Source: Thermoplasmatota archaeon (GTDB lineage: Archaea > Thermoplasmatota > Penumbrarchaeia > Penumbrarchaeales > Penumbrarchaeaceae). From it: a DNA stretch of 24,389 nucleotides. Below are positions 9,701-19,200 of the stretch, piece by piece. How positions within the stretch are numbered: the first letter of the stretch is position 1; the number at the start of each line of letters is the position of its first letter. The notes under the pieces are model-generated. The model made no database searches. It was not told the DNA's origin and saw only the letters and a program-made list of their open reading frames with translations. Position numbers and translations under genes: made by a program. Where the stretch lies: the NCBI GenBank assembly GCA_029762535.1, contig JARVGK010000042.1, forward strand, positions 1-24,389. The letters are read 5' to 3'.

Positions 9701-9914
9701 TGGATTGTGATGTGTCCAGACCCACGCGCGATGGATGGGAGCTGACGTCGATGTATTCACACTCCACCTTGGGATCCGGGTCCTTGCCGTCGGTGTACAT
9801 GTATCCGCCTTCATCCTTGTTACCTTGTGCAGCGTCCCCTGTGGATGGGATGATCGCTATCAGAGATGACGCCATGATGAGAGCGGCAAGGACGAGAGAT
9901 AGACTGGGTTTCAT
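6789..9914 (-). CDS. Large cell-surface protein: nidogen-like head, Ig/FN3-like stalk, acidic Ca-binding (TSP3-like) module, TM anchor, Pro/Gln-rich tail
   Basis: Signal peptide [44 protein letters not shown]..IGIE resembles a nidogen-like domain. D..G/D..PP-bounded Ig repeats follow, then DSDGDG..WE..DPDGDG..NL.EY..GTDP and TM [25 protein letters not shown]. Confidence 0.8.
   Translation of the reverse strand: [1041 protein letters not shown]
7035..7172 (-). repeat. 46-aa acidic juxtamembrane module, copy 1
   Basis: [46 protein letters not shown], 29/46 identical (ungapped) to the copy at 10151-10288. Confidence 0.85.
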
Positions 9915-9994
9915 GAAGATATCTCCATATGCTGTTCTTCAGGACTTCATGATATTACAGAGTTTTTATCTTTTTGGTAGGGGTAAGGGTTTTT

Positions 9995-12900
9995 TCACTC
10001 CTCTGAGAAGAAACTGCGCCTCTGGCGCTCCCTCTTCATTTTGGAGGACCTCAGGAAGCCGTAAACGAGTAAAAAACCCGAAAGGATGGCTATCGCCCCC
10101 AGTAGAACGAACCAGAGCGTCTGGTCCCGGTCCCCATCATCCGCGACGTTGGGATCCGTCCCTCGCATGTATTCCTCGAGGTTCGAGGCCCCATCGCCGT
10201 CCGGGTCGAGGTCCGCATCCGCCGGATCGTAGGGATCGAGCCCGTGCTCGATCTCCCACCAATCCGGCATTCCGTCATTGTCATCATCAGGATCGGCGTT
10301 GTCACCGATCCCGTCGCGATCGCTGTCCTGCCATTCTTCTGGGTCCAGCGGGAACCAGTCCAGATCGTCCGGCACACCATCACCGTCAGTGTCGGTGAGC
10401 ATGTCCGGAGCACCTGTTGTGAAGGACCAGTTGAAATCCCTGTCGAGGCCCACGCCTTTCAAGGATATGATAACGTCCTTCAGGAGCATCCTGTACGAGC
10501 TGAAATTGACCAGAGGCCATTTCGGGTCCACCCTAAGCGTCAGGTCCAGTGCATCATAGGATAGCTGAAGTTCGATCGGTACACCGTCCGGACCCGTCAG
10601 AATGACCGAGGCCTCGTCCATGCTCTCCCTGTCCATGGGAACATCGAAGGTGATGAAGATGGAGGGTCTGAGCCTGATGTTCGAACCCTGTGGGCCGAAG
10701 GCCCTAATGGTCGGTGTCCCGTTATCAGGCCTTATCCTCAACAGAAGGTTGTAGGTGCTCGCTTTTCCGATACCCTGACCGTCGAGGTTTTGCCCGTTTA
10801 GGTTTTTAAGGGAGCTCGTTATTACGATATTGTACGATCCCCCGAAGACCATCAGGGAGCGGGGTGTCCACCTTATAATGCTCCCTGATACCATCGAGAG
10901 CGAACCACCCACCCTCGATCTGTCCGGCCCAATGACATAGAAGCTATCCCCGTGGACGCTCACGGGGGACATGTCCTCCGAGAAAGTTGCGGTGATGGAA
11001 GCATCCGCGTATGCGGAATCCTTGCCTCCTTCGATGATGACGCTCTGGATCCTGGGCCTCTCCACGTATTCTACAGGATGGTTTATGATGATAGAATAAG
11101 AATACACGGTCACGGGCGGATTGACACCATCGGATACTGTCGCGTTTATCGTATAGCCACCCGGGGGGATGCCCGTGGTGTTCCAAACATACTGTCCGTA
11201 ACCTCCGTTCTCGGACGACATACCGCTCACCAGGAAGACCTGGCCATCAGGGTCCTGGTCCGTATCGTAATAGAGCTCGAAATACGCGTCCTCCTCCTGG
11301 TCCCGTACGTACCATTTGATGGTATAGGATGTGTGGGCCTCGTCGTTGAATCCGTCAGGTTCGAGGAATTGGAACATGGGGGGTTCGTTCAAACCTGTTC
11401 TGACATCGAGTACCGCCGAATATGATCTCTGATTTAGATCGTCGCTGACCATCATCCTGAACCGATATACGGTATCGGGGAGGAGGTCCGTGAAGGCCCA
11501 ACTCGTCCTGGCCCTGTCAAGGATCGCCGCATCGTTCATAAAATAATCCGGAACGGGGGCCGCGCCCATGCCATAGGTGAGGTAATATCCCTTGAAATCC
11601 ACCTCAGGTGACATATCCCAAAGTACCTCGATCGAGTCCCAGGAGATCGAACCAGGCCTGAGGACAGGCACCGCTGGAGGGGGCTGCATCCCCTCACGCT
11701 TGAAAGCCGCCGCCGTGAAGGGATCCCCGTCCTCATTGATGTCGTTCTCAGGGTTCGGGTCCGTTCTGAAATCGATCCAGAAGACCTGGGGTCTATCCAG
11801 ATAACCAAGGATCTGGGTCGAATACCTGTACATGTTGGCGTAATATATTCCGGGGCTCTTCGGCCTCTCCCCTAGATCTATGGAGTCGTCCACTATGTGG
11901 TCCTGCGAGACGGGATCTCCTTTCTTCAGAACATACCCTGCCCTGATGTTGTAGAAGTCCCTGATATCCAGCTCCGTCCATGCCACGGAAAAGGCCCGGT
12001 CGACATAATCGACGACCGGATACATCTGGTCCTGCCTGGTCAGGTTTCCCGCAACGAGACGATGGGTATCGGATATCGATCCGGCAAAGAACGGGGAGAA
12101 CACAGGCTCCATTGCATAAGATATCCTCCAACCGACCTCCGTGGATTCCTGATAGACGATCATTAGATCGCCTTTGGGGGAGATGTCGAGATCGGGATGT
12201 ATCTGGCTGGTCCCATCCAGACCTGATCCCACTCTGATATTTTCCGAGAACGTATCCCCACCGTCGCTTGAGTGGACCAGATAAATGTCGCCGTTCGACC
12301 GTGATATCGAGTCGCCGTTCCTATAATCCTCCCAGGCGATCGCGATCCTGTTCCCGGACACTGAGATGCGGACGTTGATGCGGTCCGAATCCCCCTCATT
12401 ATCGTTCAATCTTCTGGGGACATCGAATGTGGCGCCGCCATCGTAGGATCTGGTGAACATCACGTCATGGGTTGCTAACCCGCTCTGCGCCGGCGGATTG
12501 GTCTTTAGATAGACGAGAACCAATGCCCCCGTGGGTGTGGACCTTAGATATGGTCTCATCACGGACAGGCCAGTGCGGTTGACTATCCAGCTCTTGTTCC
12601 ATGCGTTGCCCTGGCTGGTCGATCGGCTCATCGCTATTTGTGTGGACCCGCCGATATCGAGTATCCAGGCAGCGAAGAGTACAGACTGCTGGTTTATCGT
12701 TATCGACGGGTTGTAATGGTCAGATCCCTGGCCGCTCTCGTCATTCACTATAACATCGTTGTTGTTATACAGTCCGTCTCCCCAGACCTTTCCATCGGGT
12801 GATGAGCTGAAGCGTATGTCGTTGAAACCCAGCCTCCTGTCGGCCCACACCGCGTAGAGTTTTCCGTCCACGCCCTGAGCGACGTCCAGGTCCCACTGCT

Positions 12901-13039
12901 CATCAGCCGCGGGCTCCATGTCCTGGATCAGGTAGTTCTCGGGATACTCCCCCGATCGCCCGGAGGCCGTGAAGAACGCGGCCGGTAGAAGCAGAAGGAC
13001 AGCCGTGATGAGCATAAGGAACGCCGCTTTATCCATCAT
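9995..13039 (-). CDS. Large cell-surface protein: Asp-box (BNR) beta-propeller, FN3, two Big_5-like Ig domains, TSP3-like repeats, TM anchor
   Basis: Signal peptide. Asp-boxes [33 protein letters not shown]3 [23 protein letters not shown] and [10 protein letters not shown]...[36 protein letters not shown] followed by a basic tail. Confidence 0.82.
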   Translation of the reverse strand: MMDKAAFLMLITAVLLLLPAAFFTASGRSGEYPENYLIQDMEPAADEQWDLDVAQGVDGKLYAVWADRRLGFNDIRFSSSPDGKVWGDGLYNNNDVIVNDESGQGSDHYNPSITINQQSVLFAAWILDIGGSTQIAMSRSTSQGNAWNKSWIVNRTGLSVMRPYLRSTPTGALVLVYLKTNPPAQSGLATHDVMFTRSYDGGATFDVPRRLNDNEGDSDRINVRISVSGNRIAIAWEDYRNGDSISRSNGDIYLVHSSDGGDTFSENIRVGSGLDGTSQIHPDLDISPKGDLMIVYQESTEVGWRISYAMEPVFSPFFAGSISDTHRLVAGNLTRQDQMYPVVDYVDRAFSVAWTELDIRDFYNIRAGYVLKKGDPVSQDHIVDDSIDLGERPKSPGIYYANMYRYSTQILGYLDRPQVFWIDFRTDPNPENDINEDGDPFTAAAFKREGMQPPPAVPVLRPGSISWDSIEVLWDMSPEVDFKGYYLTYGMGAAPVPDYFMNDAAILDRARTSWAFTDLLPDTVYRFRMMVSDDLNQRSYSAVLDVRTGLNEPPMFQFLEPDGFNDEAHTSYTIKWYVRDQEEDAYFELYYDTDQDPDGQVFLVSGMSSENGGYGQYVWNTTGIPPGGYTINATVSDGVNPPVTVYSYSIIINHPVEYVERPRIQSVIIEGGKDSAYADASITATFSEDMSPVSVHGDSFYVIGPDRSRVGGSLSMVSGSIIRWTPRSLMVFGGSYNIVITSSLKNLNGQNLDGQGIGKASTYNLLLRIRPDNGTPTIRAFGPQGSNIRLRPSIFITFDVPMDRESMDEASVILTGPDGVPIELQLSYDALDLTLRVDPKWPLVNFSSYRMLLKDVIISLKGVGLDRDFNWSFTTGAPDMLTDTDGDGVPDDLDWFPLDPEEWQDSDRDGIGDNADPDDDNDGMPDWWEIEHGLDPYDPADADLDPDGDGASNLEEYMRGTDPNVADDGDRDQTLWFVLLGAIAILSGFLLVYGFLRSSKMKRERQRRSFFSEE
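10151..10288 (-). repeat. 46-aa acidic juxtamembrane module, copy 2
   Basis: [46 protein letters not shown]. Confidence 0.85.
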
Positions 13040-13137
13040 AACACCTTTTCACGGGTCTATCTGCGTTCCGGGAATAAAACATTACTGGTCATATGTCACA
13101 AGGAACGGTTCGGGACCATACGGCGAACGGTATTTCT

Positions 13138-14874
13138 TCATATATCCAAATGGCCGATTATACGGAGATCGAGCCCCATCTCAGCGATCAGTTCCGTTTC
13201 TGTCATGGGCCTTCGACGGAACAGGGCTGCGGCCCTCTTCCTACCTATCCCCGGGATCGCGCTCAGATGGGAGAACGGGGCAGTGTTCAAAGGGAAGGGC
13301 GTTCTGAAACCGGAGACGGACCTCGAGGATGTCGATGTGACGCATACATCGGCGAATGCACCCAGGTCCCACGGATGGTCCATCCTTACAAGGATCGGGT
13401 AAGATCCTATCTGCCTGCCAAAATGGCGATGTCCCTGTGAAGCCTCAACGAACACGCCCCTGAGTGTGCAGCCGAAAGGCAGCATCCTCTGCGTGAAAAA
13501 TGTGTCGAACCTTTCCCTCACCTCGGCCTTGAACCTCCTGAACGCCCTTTCGAAGGAAGCATCCCCGACATTCCAATGTCGATCCCCTTGCGAACGGTCC
13601 CAGATGACGGACCTGATGTTGATCCTGCGAAGCATGAGCCCCTCGCCGTGGATCATCTCCAGAAGCTCCAGATCGTGCCGGAAGCTATCGGGGGTCTGAT
13701 CCTTCAGACCGCCCAGGAAGTTCAATCCCGGCAGAAGGGCGGGCATGCCGTTCTCGCCCTTGACCGAGCCGACCTCGTTCATCACCCTCACCGCCTCCAG
13801 CACCTCCTGAGGGTTGCTGTTCAGGTTGTTGGCGGCCCCGACCTCGGGGTCCGCCGACTCGATCCCGAGGGCCAGGACGGATCCGGAGGTGCAGTTCCTC
13901 ACTATAGCATCCAGGGCTTCTCTGGACCTCTGCGGATGACGGGCGATGACCGCTGGATTTGCGTTGTCCGTATGAACGATACCGGTCTCGATCCCTATTC
14001 TCCTGCCCGTGTTTTCGGCGGACCGGACCCCGAAACCGGAGTGGAGGACCGCCCTAACACCTGAGAGCATCTCCTCGATGAGGGATGGATCCGGACAGGG
14101 GGCATCGTCCCGATGCGCATCCGGGCTCATGTAGGAAACGAGATCCGACTGACCCCCTATTCGCAAGTTCTCAAGGCCGTTCCCGGCGAGCGCCCTCACC
14201 TCCGATACGATCTCGTCCGGGGTCCTGTACTGGATCGGCCCCCTCGAAGGCTCGATGCAGAATGAGCAGCCACCCGTCAGATATCTGGTGCAGCCCCGTG
14301 ATGTCTCGATCTCCGCTATCAGCGGACTAGGATGGTCCGGATGCAGCCTGATGATGAAAGCGCCCTCGACCAGGTCGTCGTTCCATTCGGCATGGGTTCT
14401 CTCCCTCATCCTTGGGGAACCGGAGGCGGCGAGGCTAAGGCCCAGGACGCCCGGGTCCCCATCAACGCGCTCCCAAAGAGGGGGGCCTGTAGCGCTCTCG
14501 GGCTCCCATACGTATGTATTTGTCCCTTTGAGGCTCGGGACTATCTCCATGACCTCCCTCGAAGATATGGGCGTCCCGCGAAGGTATTTCCCCGGAACGA
14601 TGCATCCCTTTACGATAACGCAGGATTCGAGCTCGGACCACCCCCTCCATTCACCCGCACCACGGAGTCCCCGCACCTGATCGATCGTGAGATAGCCTAC
14701 CTCTTCGTGGTCCGCCCCTCCGTTAACGAGGCCTCCGGCGAGCGATCTCACCTGCGGAGATATGAACGGAGGGACTCCCAGGGCGGATGGCTCGTCCACA
14801 TAGCCGTCTATGATCAGATAGCGCCATCCCTCGTCGATACGGCCTTTGGTCACAGCGGACAACGGGCGAACCAT
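13138..14874 (-). CDS. Radical SAM protein with C-terminal TRAM-like and helix-hairpin-helix domains (COG1031-like)
   Basis: IIDGYVDEPSALGVPPFISP, VPGKYLRGTP, EIETSRGCTRYLTGGCSFC (CX7CX2C), HTDNANP, GIESADP, LLPGLNF, RRINIR, GRQIGSYPIL, and HhH LSAIPGIGRKRA. Confidence 0.88.
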   Translation of the reverse strand: MVRPLSAVTKGRIDEGWRYLIIDGYVDEPSALGVPPFISPQVRSLAGGLVNGGADHEEVGYLTIDQVRGLRGAGEWRGWSELESCVIVKGCIVPGKYLRGTPISSREVMEIVPSLKGTNTYVWEPESATGPPLWERVDGDPGVLGLSLAASGSPRMRERTHAEWNDDLVEGAFIIRLHPDHPSPLIAEIETSRGCTRYLTGGCSFCIEPSRGPIQYRTPDEIVSEVRALAGNGLENLRIGGQSDLVSYMSPDAHRDDAPCPDPSLIEEMLSGVRAVLHSGFGVRSAENTGRRIGIETGIVHTDNANPAVIARHPQRSREALDAIVRNCTSGSVLALGIESADPEVGAANNLNSNPQEVLEAVRVMNEVGSVKGENGMPALLPGLNFLGGLKDQTPDSFRHDLELLEMIHGEGLMLRRINIRSVIWDRSQGDRHWNVGDASFERAFRRFKAEVRERFDTFFTQRMLPFGCTLRGVFVEASQGHRHFGRQIGSYPILVRMDHPWDLGAFADVCVTSTSSRSVSGFRTPFPLNTAPFSHLSAIPGIGRKRAAALFRRRPMTETELIAEMGLDLRIIGHLDI

Positions 14875-14892
14875 CGTATCCGCATCGCATCG

Positions 14893-14930
14893 GGCCCTTA
14901 TATCCCTTGGCCGGTCAAATATTCATAAGA
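14893..14930. promoter_or_regulatory. Compact divergent promoter (75-bp gap)
   Basis: Minus-strand CCAAGGGATATAAGG with TATA ~26 nt before ATG 14874. Plus-strand AAATATTCATAAG ~25-30 nt before ATG 14950. Confidence 0.5.
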
Positions 14931-14949
14931 GTTCATCTTTGGGCAATGG

Positions 14950-15642
14950 ATGCTTTTTCCATCGACGTGCGGACTGCTCGAAGTCCACTCCGCCCTTCTG
15001 TCGCATTTCGGCGACCCCCATTGGTGGCCGGGGGAGACCTCTTTCGAGATCGCGATCGGAGCGATACTGACCCAGAACACCAGCTGGTCCAACGTCGAGA
15101 CGTCGATCGCCGAGTTGAAGAGAAGGAGATTGCTCGACCCACACGCCATGGCCTCGGCATCTCTGGAGGATCTCTCCATGACCGTAAGGAGCTCGGGCTA
15201 TCACCGCGTCAAAGCCTCCTACCTTCGCTCCTTCTCCGAGTATCTGATCGTAAGGTACAATGGGAGTATGGAGGACATGCGCCATGTCGAAACATCCGAC
15301 CTGAGAAGGGAGCTGCTGGGCGTCAGGGGAATAGGAGAGGAGACCGCTGATTCGATACTATGCTACGCACTTTCACGGCCGGTTCTAGTCATCGATGCCT
15401 ACACCAGGAGACTGATCGACAGACTATCTGAACGGGGACTTCGCACCGGGGCGACGGGGCGCATGCCCACATATTCCGAACTACAGCGGGACCTGATGGG
15501 CATGTTGAAGGGCGATAACATGACATATAACAGCTTTCACGCCCTTATCGTCCTTCAATGCAGGGAACATTGCAAGACCAGGCCGCTGTGTATCAACTGC
15601 CCTCTACTGACCTGCTGCGCCACCGGAAAAAAAAGAATATAA
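14950..15642 (+). CDS. HhH-GPD DNA glycosylase, endonuclease III-related (MpgII/MagIII-like), with [4Fe-4S] motif
   Basis: WWPGETSFEIAIGAILTQNTSW.NVE, SSGYHRVKA, HhH LLGVRGIGEETADSILCYA, VIDAYTRR, and C-terminal CX6CX2CX5C (CKTRPLCINCPLLTCC region). Confidence 0.9.
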   Translation: MLFPSTCGLLEVHSALLSHFGDPHWWPGETSFEIAIGAILTQNTSWSNVETSIAELKRRRLLDPHAMASASLEDLSMTVRSSGYHRVKASYLRSFSEYLIVRYNGSMEDMRHVETSDLRRELLGVRGIGEETADSILCYALSRPVLVIDAYTRRLIDRLSERGLRTGATGRMPTYSELQRDLMGMLKGDNMTYNSFHALIVLQCREHCKTRPLCINCPLLTCCATGKKRI

Positions 15643-15687
15643 GAGGACCACGTTAGGGACCTCGCTTGTCGAAAGCAGGTGTTAACG

Positions 15688-16116
15688 GTGACGGTTACCA
15701 AGACGGAGATAATAAGCGTGGAGGCAAAGCGCGCGAGCGCGATGGCCAGGAAGATGAACCTCAGGATAGACAATAACTCCTCGGTAACCCTCATATCGCT
15801 CGCGGACGATGAGACCGCGAAGGTGGACTTTCGATACACGGCGACGTACTCCGGGGTCGGAACTATAGGTATCGAGGGCAGGATCACCTACACCGGAAGC
15901 GCCAAGGACCTTCACGATAAATGGACCGATACGGGCAACATGCCGGACGAGATCGCCTCGGAGATCCACAGCGCCATAATGCAATCCTGCATACCCGTGG
16001 CCGTGATCCTCAGCAGGGAGATCAAACTGCCGCCTCCCATCCCCATTCCCCAGATACAGTTCCCTCAGAAGGACCAGAAGAAGGATCGGAGGAGCTCCGG
16101 CATCGAGGTCGCTTGA
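15688..16116 (+). CDS. Conserved archaeal hypothetical protein, putative SecB-like fold
   Basis: Four predicted beta strands then two helices, ending in LSREIKLPPPIPIPQIQF. GTG 15688 is preceded by AGGTG (the ORF track start is 15679). BRE/TATA AAAAAAAGAATATAA at 15628-15642. Confidence 0.65.
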   Translation: MTVTKTEIISVEAKRASAMARKMNLRIDNNSSVTLISLADDETAKVDFRYTATYSGVGTIGIEGRITYTGSAKDLHDKWTDTGNMPDEIASEIHSAIMQSCIPVAVILSREIKLPPPIPIPQIQFPQKDQKKDRRSSGIEVA

Positions 16117-16211
16117 GGCCCTTTTCGACCCGCTCATTGAAGGTGTGCTCGAGGGACATATGATATTCTAGCCGTATCTTTAATAAGACCCTACTCTCAT
16201 TTTGTTCATAT

Positions 16212-19200
16212 ATGCCTTCATCGACGCTTTTCGGGATCACAGCTGTGGCCATCGCTGCCCTGTTTCTTTTTCCGCATCCAATACCTGAAGCCGATGAGGG
16301 TGCGACCCTCACCTGGATAGACCTTTCGGTGATGACCATGATAGAGAGGGTACGAACTCTCAGGGATCGGGGTCTTGATGCGAGCGTTCCCATGGACGGG
16401 ACCACCCTGCTCAGGCTCGTCCAGGATGAGGGTGAATATTCCTACTCCTCCAGGTCCAACCCGCCTCCGGCAAGTTGGACGCTCGTCCATACCGGCACCT
16501 ACTGCAGGGTATTCGTTGCCCAAGGGGAGAGCGTCCCGCAATCGGAGATCGAGGCCCTGGCCAACACGTTCGATGAGAGGATATACCCGAACGCGACCTC
16601 GTGGTTCCATCCTGATGACCCGCCTTCGAGGATAGACATTCGAATATACGATATGGGAGATGGTGAAGGGGGCGTCGGCGGGTTCTTCATCAGGTCATTC
16701 CCCACGAGGAACGACCTCTTCGTTGACAGTAGCGACGTCGGCATAGCCGATGAGGTCTTGGCCCACGAGTTCCAGCATCTCCTCCACTACGATCTCGATC
16801 CCAACGAGGAGGTCTGGCTCGACGAGGGGCTGGCGGACCTGTCGATCAGGATATCCCTGGGGCCCGACAAGCCCGCGCTGCAGAGCCACGTCCTCGCTCT
16901 GGAGCTTTATCCGGTTAACGATCTCCTGGACTGGGGCGAGGGCACCCCCCCCGATTACTACGAGAGCATCGCGGATTACGGCGCGGCCTACACCTTCATC
17001 GCTTACCTGACCGAGCATTACGGAGGAAAGGGTCTGATAGCGGACCTGGTCAAGGACCCCTTGAATTCCATCGCATCGGTGGATAACGTGCTCGCCGCTT
17101 ACGGACACTCGGACCGTTTCGGGGATGTCTACAGCAAGGTCAAGGCCGCCAACCTCTTGGACGAGCCCGTTTACGGAGGCGGGGTGTTCGACCAGGGATT
17201 GATCGACATCGGCATACGCACAATGTACGGGGGATCGAACACCTATCCCTATTCCGTCAACGTTTCGGGTACCAAGCGCTACAGCGGATACTATTTCAGG
17301 TTCGATTCCGGCAGGGTTGGGCTAAAGGCCGTCATCAATTCCTCCGAATCCGTTCACGCTACATTCATCGGCCTCGATTCGGGATCCGTTATCTGGTCAG
17401 ATAACGCCAGCTCGGGCGGGGGCGTTCCGGGCAGCATTCCGCTCGACGGCTTCGGAACGGAATACGACACCTTGTATGCCATCCCCTCGACTGAGGTGAA
17501 GGGATCTTCCTTCTCCCTCGAGATCGTCGAGATCGAGATCCCCAGGACCACATTTCTGATAGACCCTCCAGCCCCAGACGGGCTTTTGGGGTATTATCGG
17601 ACCCCCCCGACCATAACCCTATCCTCCGAAGATGCGATGATCCGCTACAGATGGGGGCTTGGGCTTTATGAATTGTACACCTCCCCCATTACCGCCCCCG
17701 AAGGGACCAGCCGGCTGGAGTTCTACTCGCTCAGGGACGGGGCGAGCGAGACTCCGGTCCTTCTGGAGTTCGACGTCGATTCGATCCCGCCCCTGACGAT
17801 CTTGGAGATAGATCCCCCCGAGCCCGACGGGGATCTCGGCCTATACTCAACATCCCCAACCATCTCGCTCTCTACCGAGTCGGGAGCGTCCACGTACTAC
17901 ATCATCGATGGAGATACGGTCAGCTATACTGGACCGTTCACCGTCGGCGAAGGGGAGACCACCCTGCTCTACTGGAGCGTGGACCCGGTAGGAAATGAGG
18001 AGGAGAGGAGATCGTTCCTAATAAACGTGGACAGCTCGCCGCCCGTCGCCTCGATCGTTCTGGACCCTCCCTCCCCTGACGGCAAGAGGGGATATTACAC
18101 GAGCGATGTCACGGTGTCTTTCCAGTACGATACCGGATCCTCGGTCCTCTATTCGATGAACGGAGGTGATGAAAGGGAATATACCGGCCCTTTCATCGTC
18201 GGGGACGGAACTCATACCATAAACTACTGGGCGAGGAGGGATCCCGGACGGATGGGACCGGAGCTGTCGGTGATATTGAAGGTGGACACCATTGCGCCGG
18301 AGGTGTCGTTCGCTCTCGATCCACCCCTCGCCGATGGTTGGAACCGCTTCGCTTCGGAGCTCGAGGTCTCCTCGAACGAGGGCGATATGATATTCTACAG
18401 GATCTCTTCCGAAGAGGCCGCGGAATACATTTCGCCGATCTTGCTCGCCGACGGGGACCATTCCGTTGAGATATGGGCCGAGGACCAGGCGGGGAACATA
18501 GGAGGGCCTAAAACGTTTCGGGCGAGGATCGACACGATGACACCCAGGACTTCCCTGAGCTTCTCGAGGGACCCGGATTCAGGCATTTGGTTCCACGATG
18601 CTATACCCGAGGTTATCATCGAGAGGCAGGCCTTCGTCCTCTCCCCGGAGAGGACGTACTACTCTGTGAACGAAGGGGAGAGCCGCCTCTTCCAGGGGTC
18701 GATGGAAGGGCTCGTGTCCGGCATCAACAGGATCAGCTATTACTCCGTGGACGAGGCTGGCAACCAGGAGGGGGCGCGTTCCAAACAGGTCGGATTGGAC
18801 CTCGCTCGGCCCGTGCCATCGCTCAAGGCGAACAGGACCATTGTAGGCGGGTCCGGGCCGGTCCTGTTCGACATGTCGGCCTCCTCGGACGATAACGCCG
18901 TGAACATGTTCAGGGTCCATTTCGGGGACGGGACGGACTCCGGATGGGTTAGGGATCCCATTATCGTACATTATTACGATGGATTGGGCGATCGTGTGGC
19001 CTATGGCGAGGTTGTCGATGTGGCGGGAAGGATCTCGACCCTCAAGCCCTCTGTCCGCATCGAGGTTCTGACTCCCGAGGAGGCCGCCCGAAGGCTTCAG
19101 GGGAACGATCGGGCCGGGATCGTCCCCTTGATCGTTCTCATACTTATAGTGATAGCGGGCCTGGCGGCGGTCGCGGCTCTTGCATTCGTCCTTCTGAGAA

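Noticed and set aside
9688-10398. 236-aa plus-strand ORF spanning the junction of the two surface-protein genes
   Set aside because: Antisense to two real genes, low-complexity translation, no start signals.
4472-14874. MEMO1 plus radical SAM as an AmmeMemoRadiSam system
   Set aside because: The radical SAM is a different family (CX7CX2C plus HhH), lies ~8 kb away, and no AMMECR1 gene is present. MEMO1 is explained by the conserved rps2 linkage.
15627-15690. A8 run and single in-frame TAA separating the glycosylase from the SecB-like ORF (possible readthrough/frameshift fusion)
   Set aside because: Both proteins are complete on their own. The A-run and TATAA are better explained as the BRE/TATA of the downstream gene, which has its own SD.
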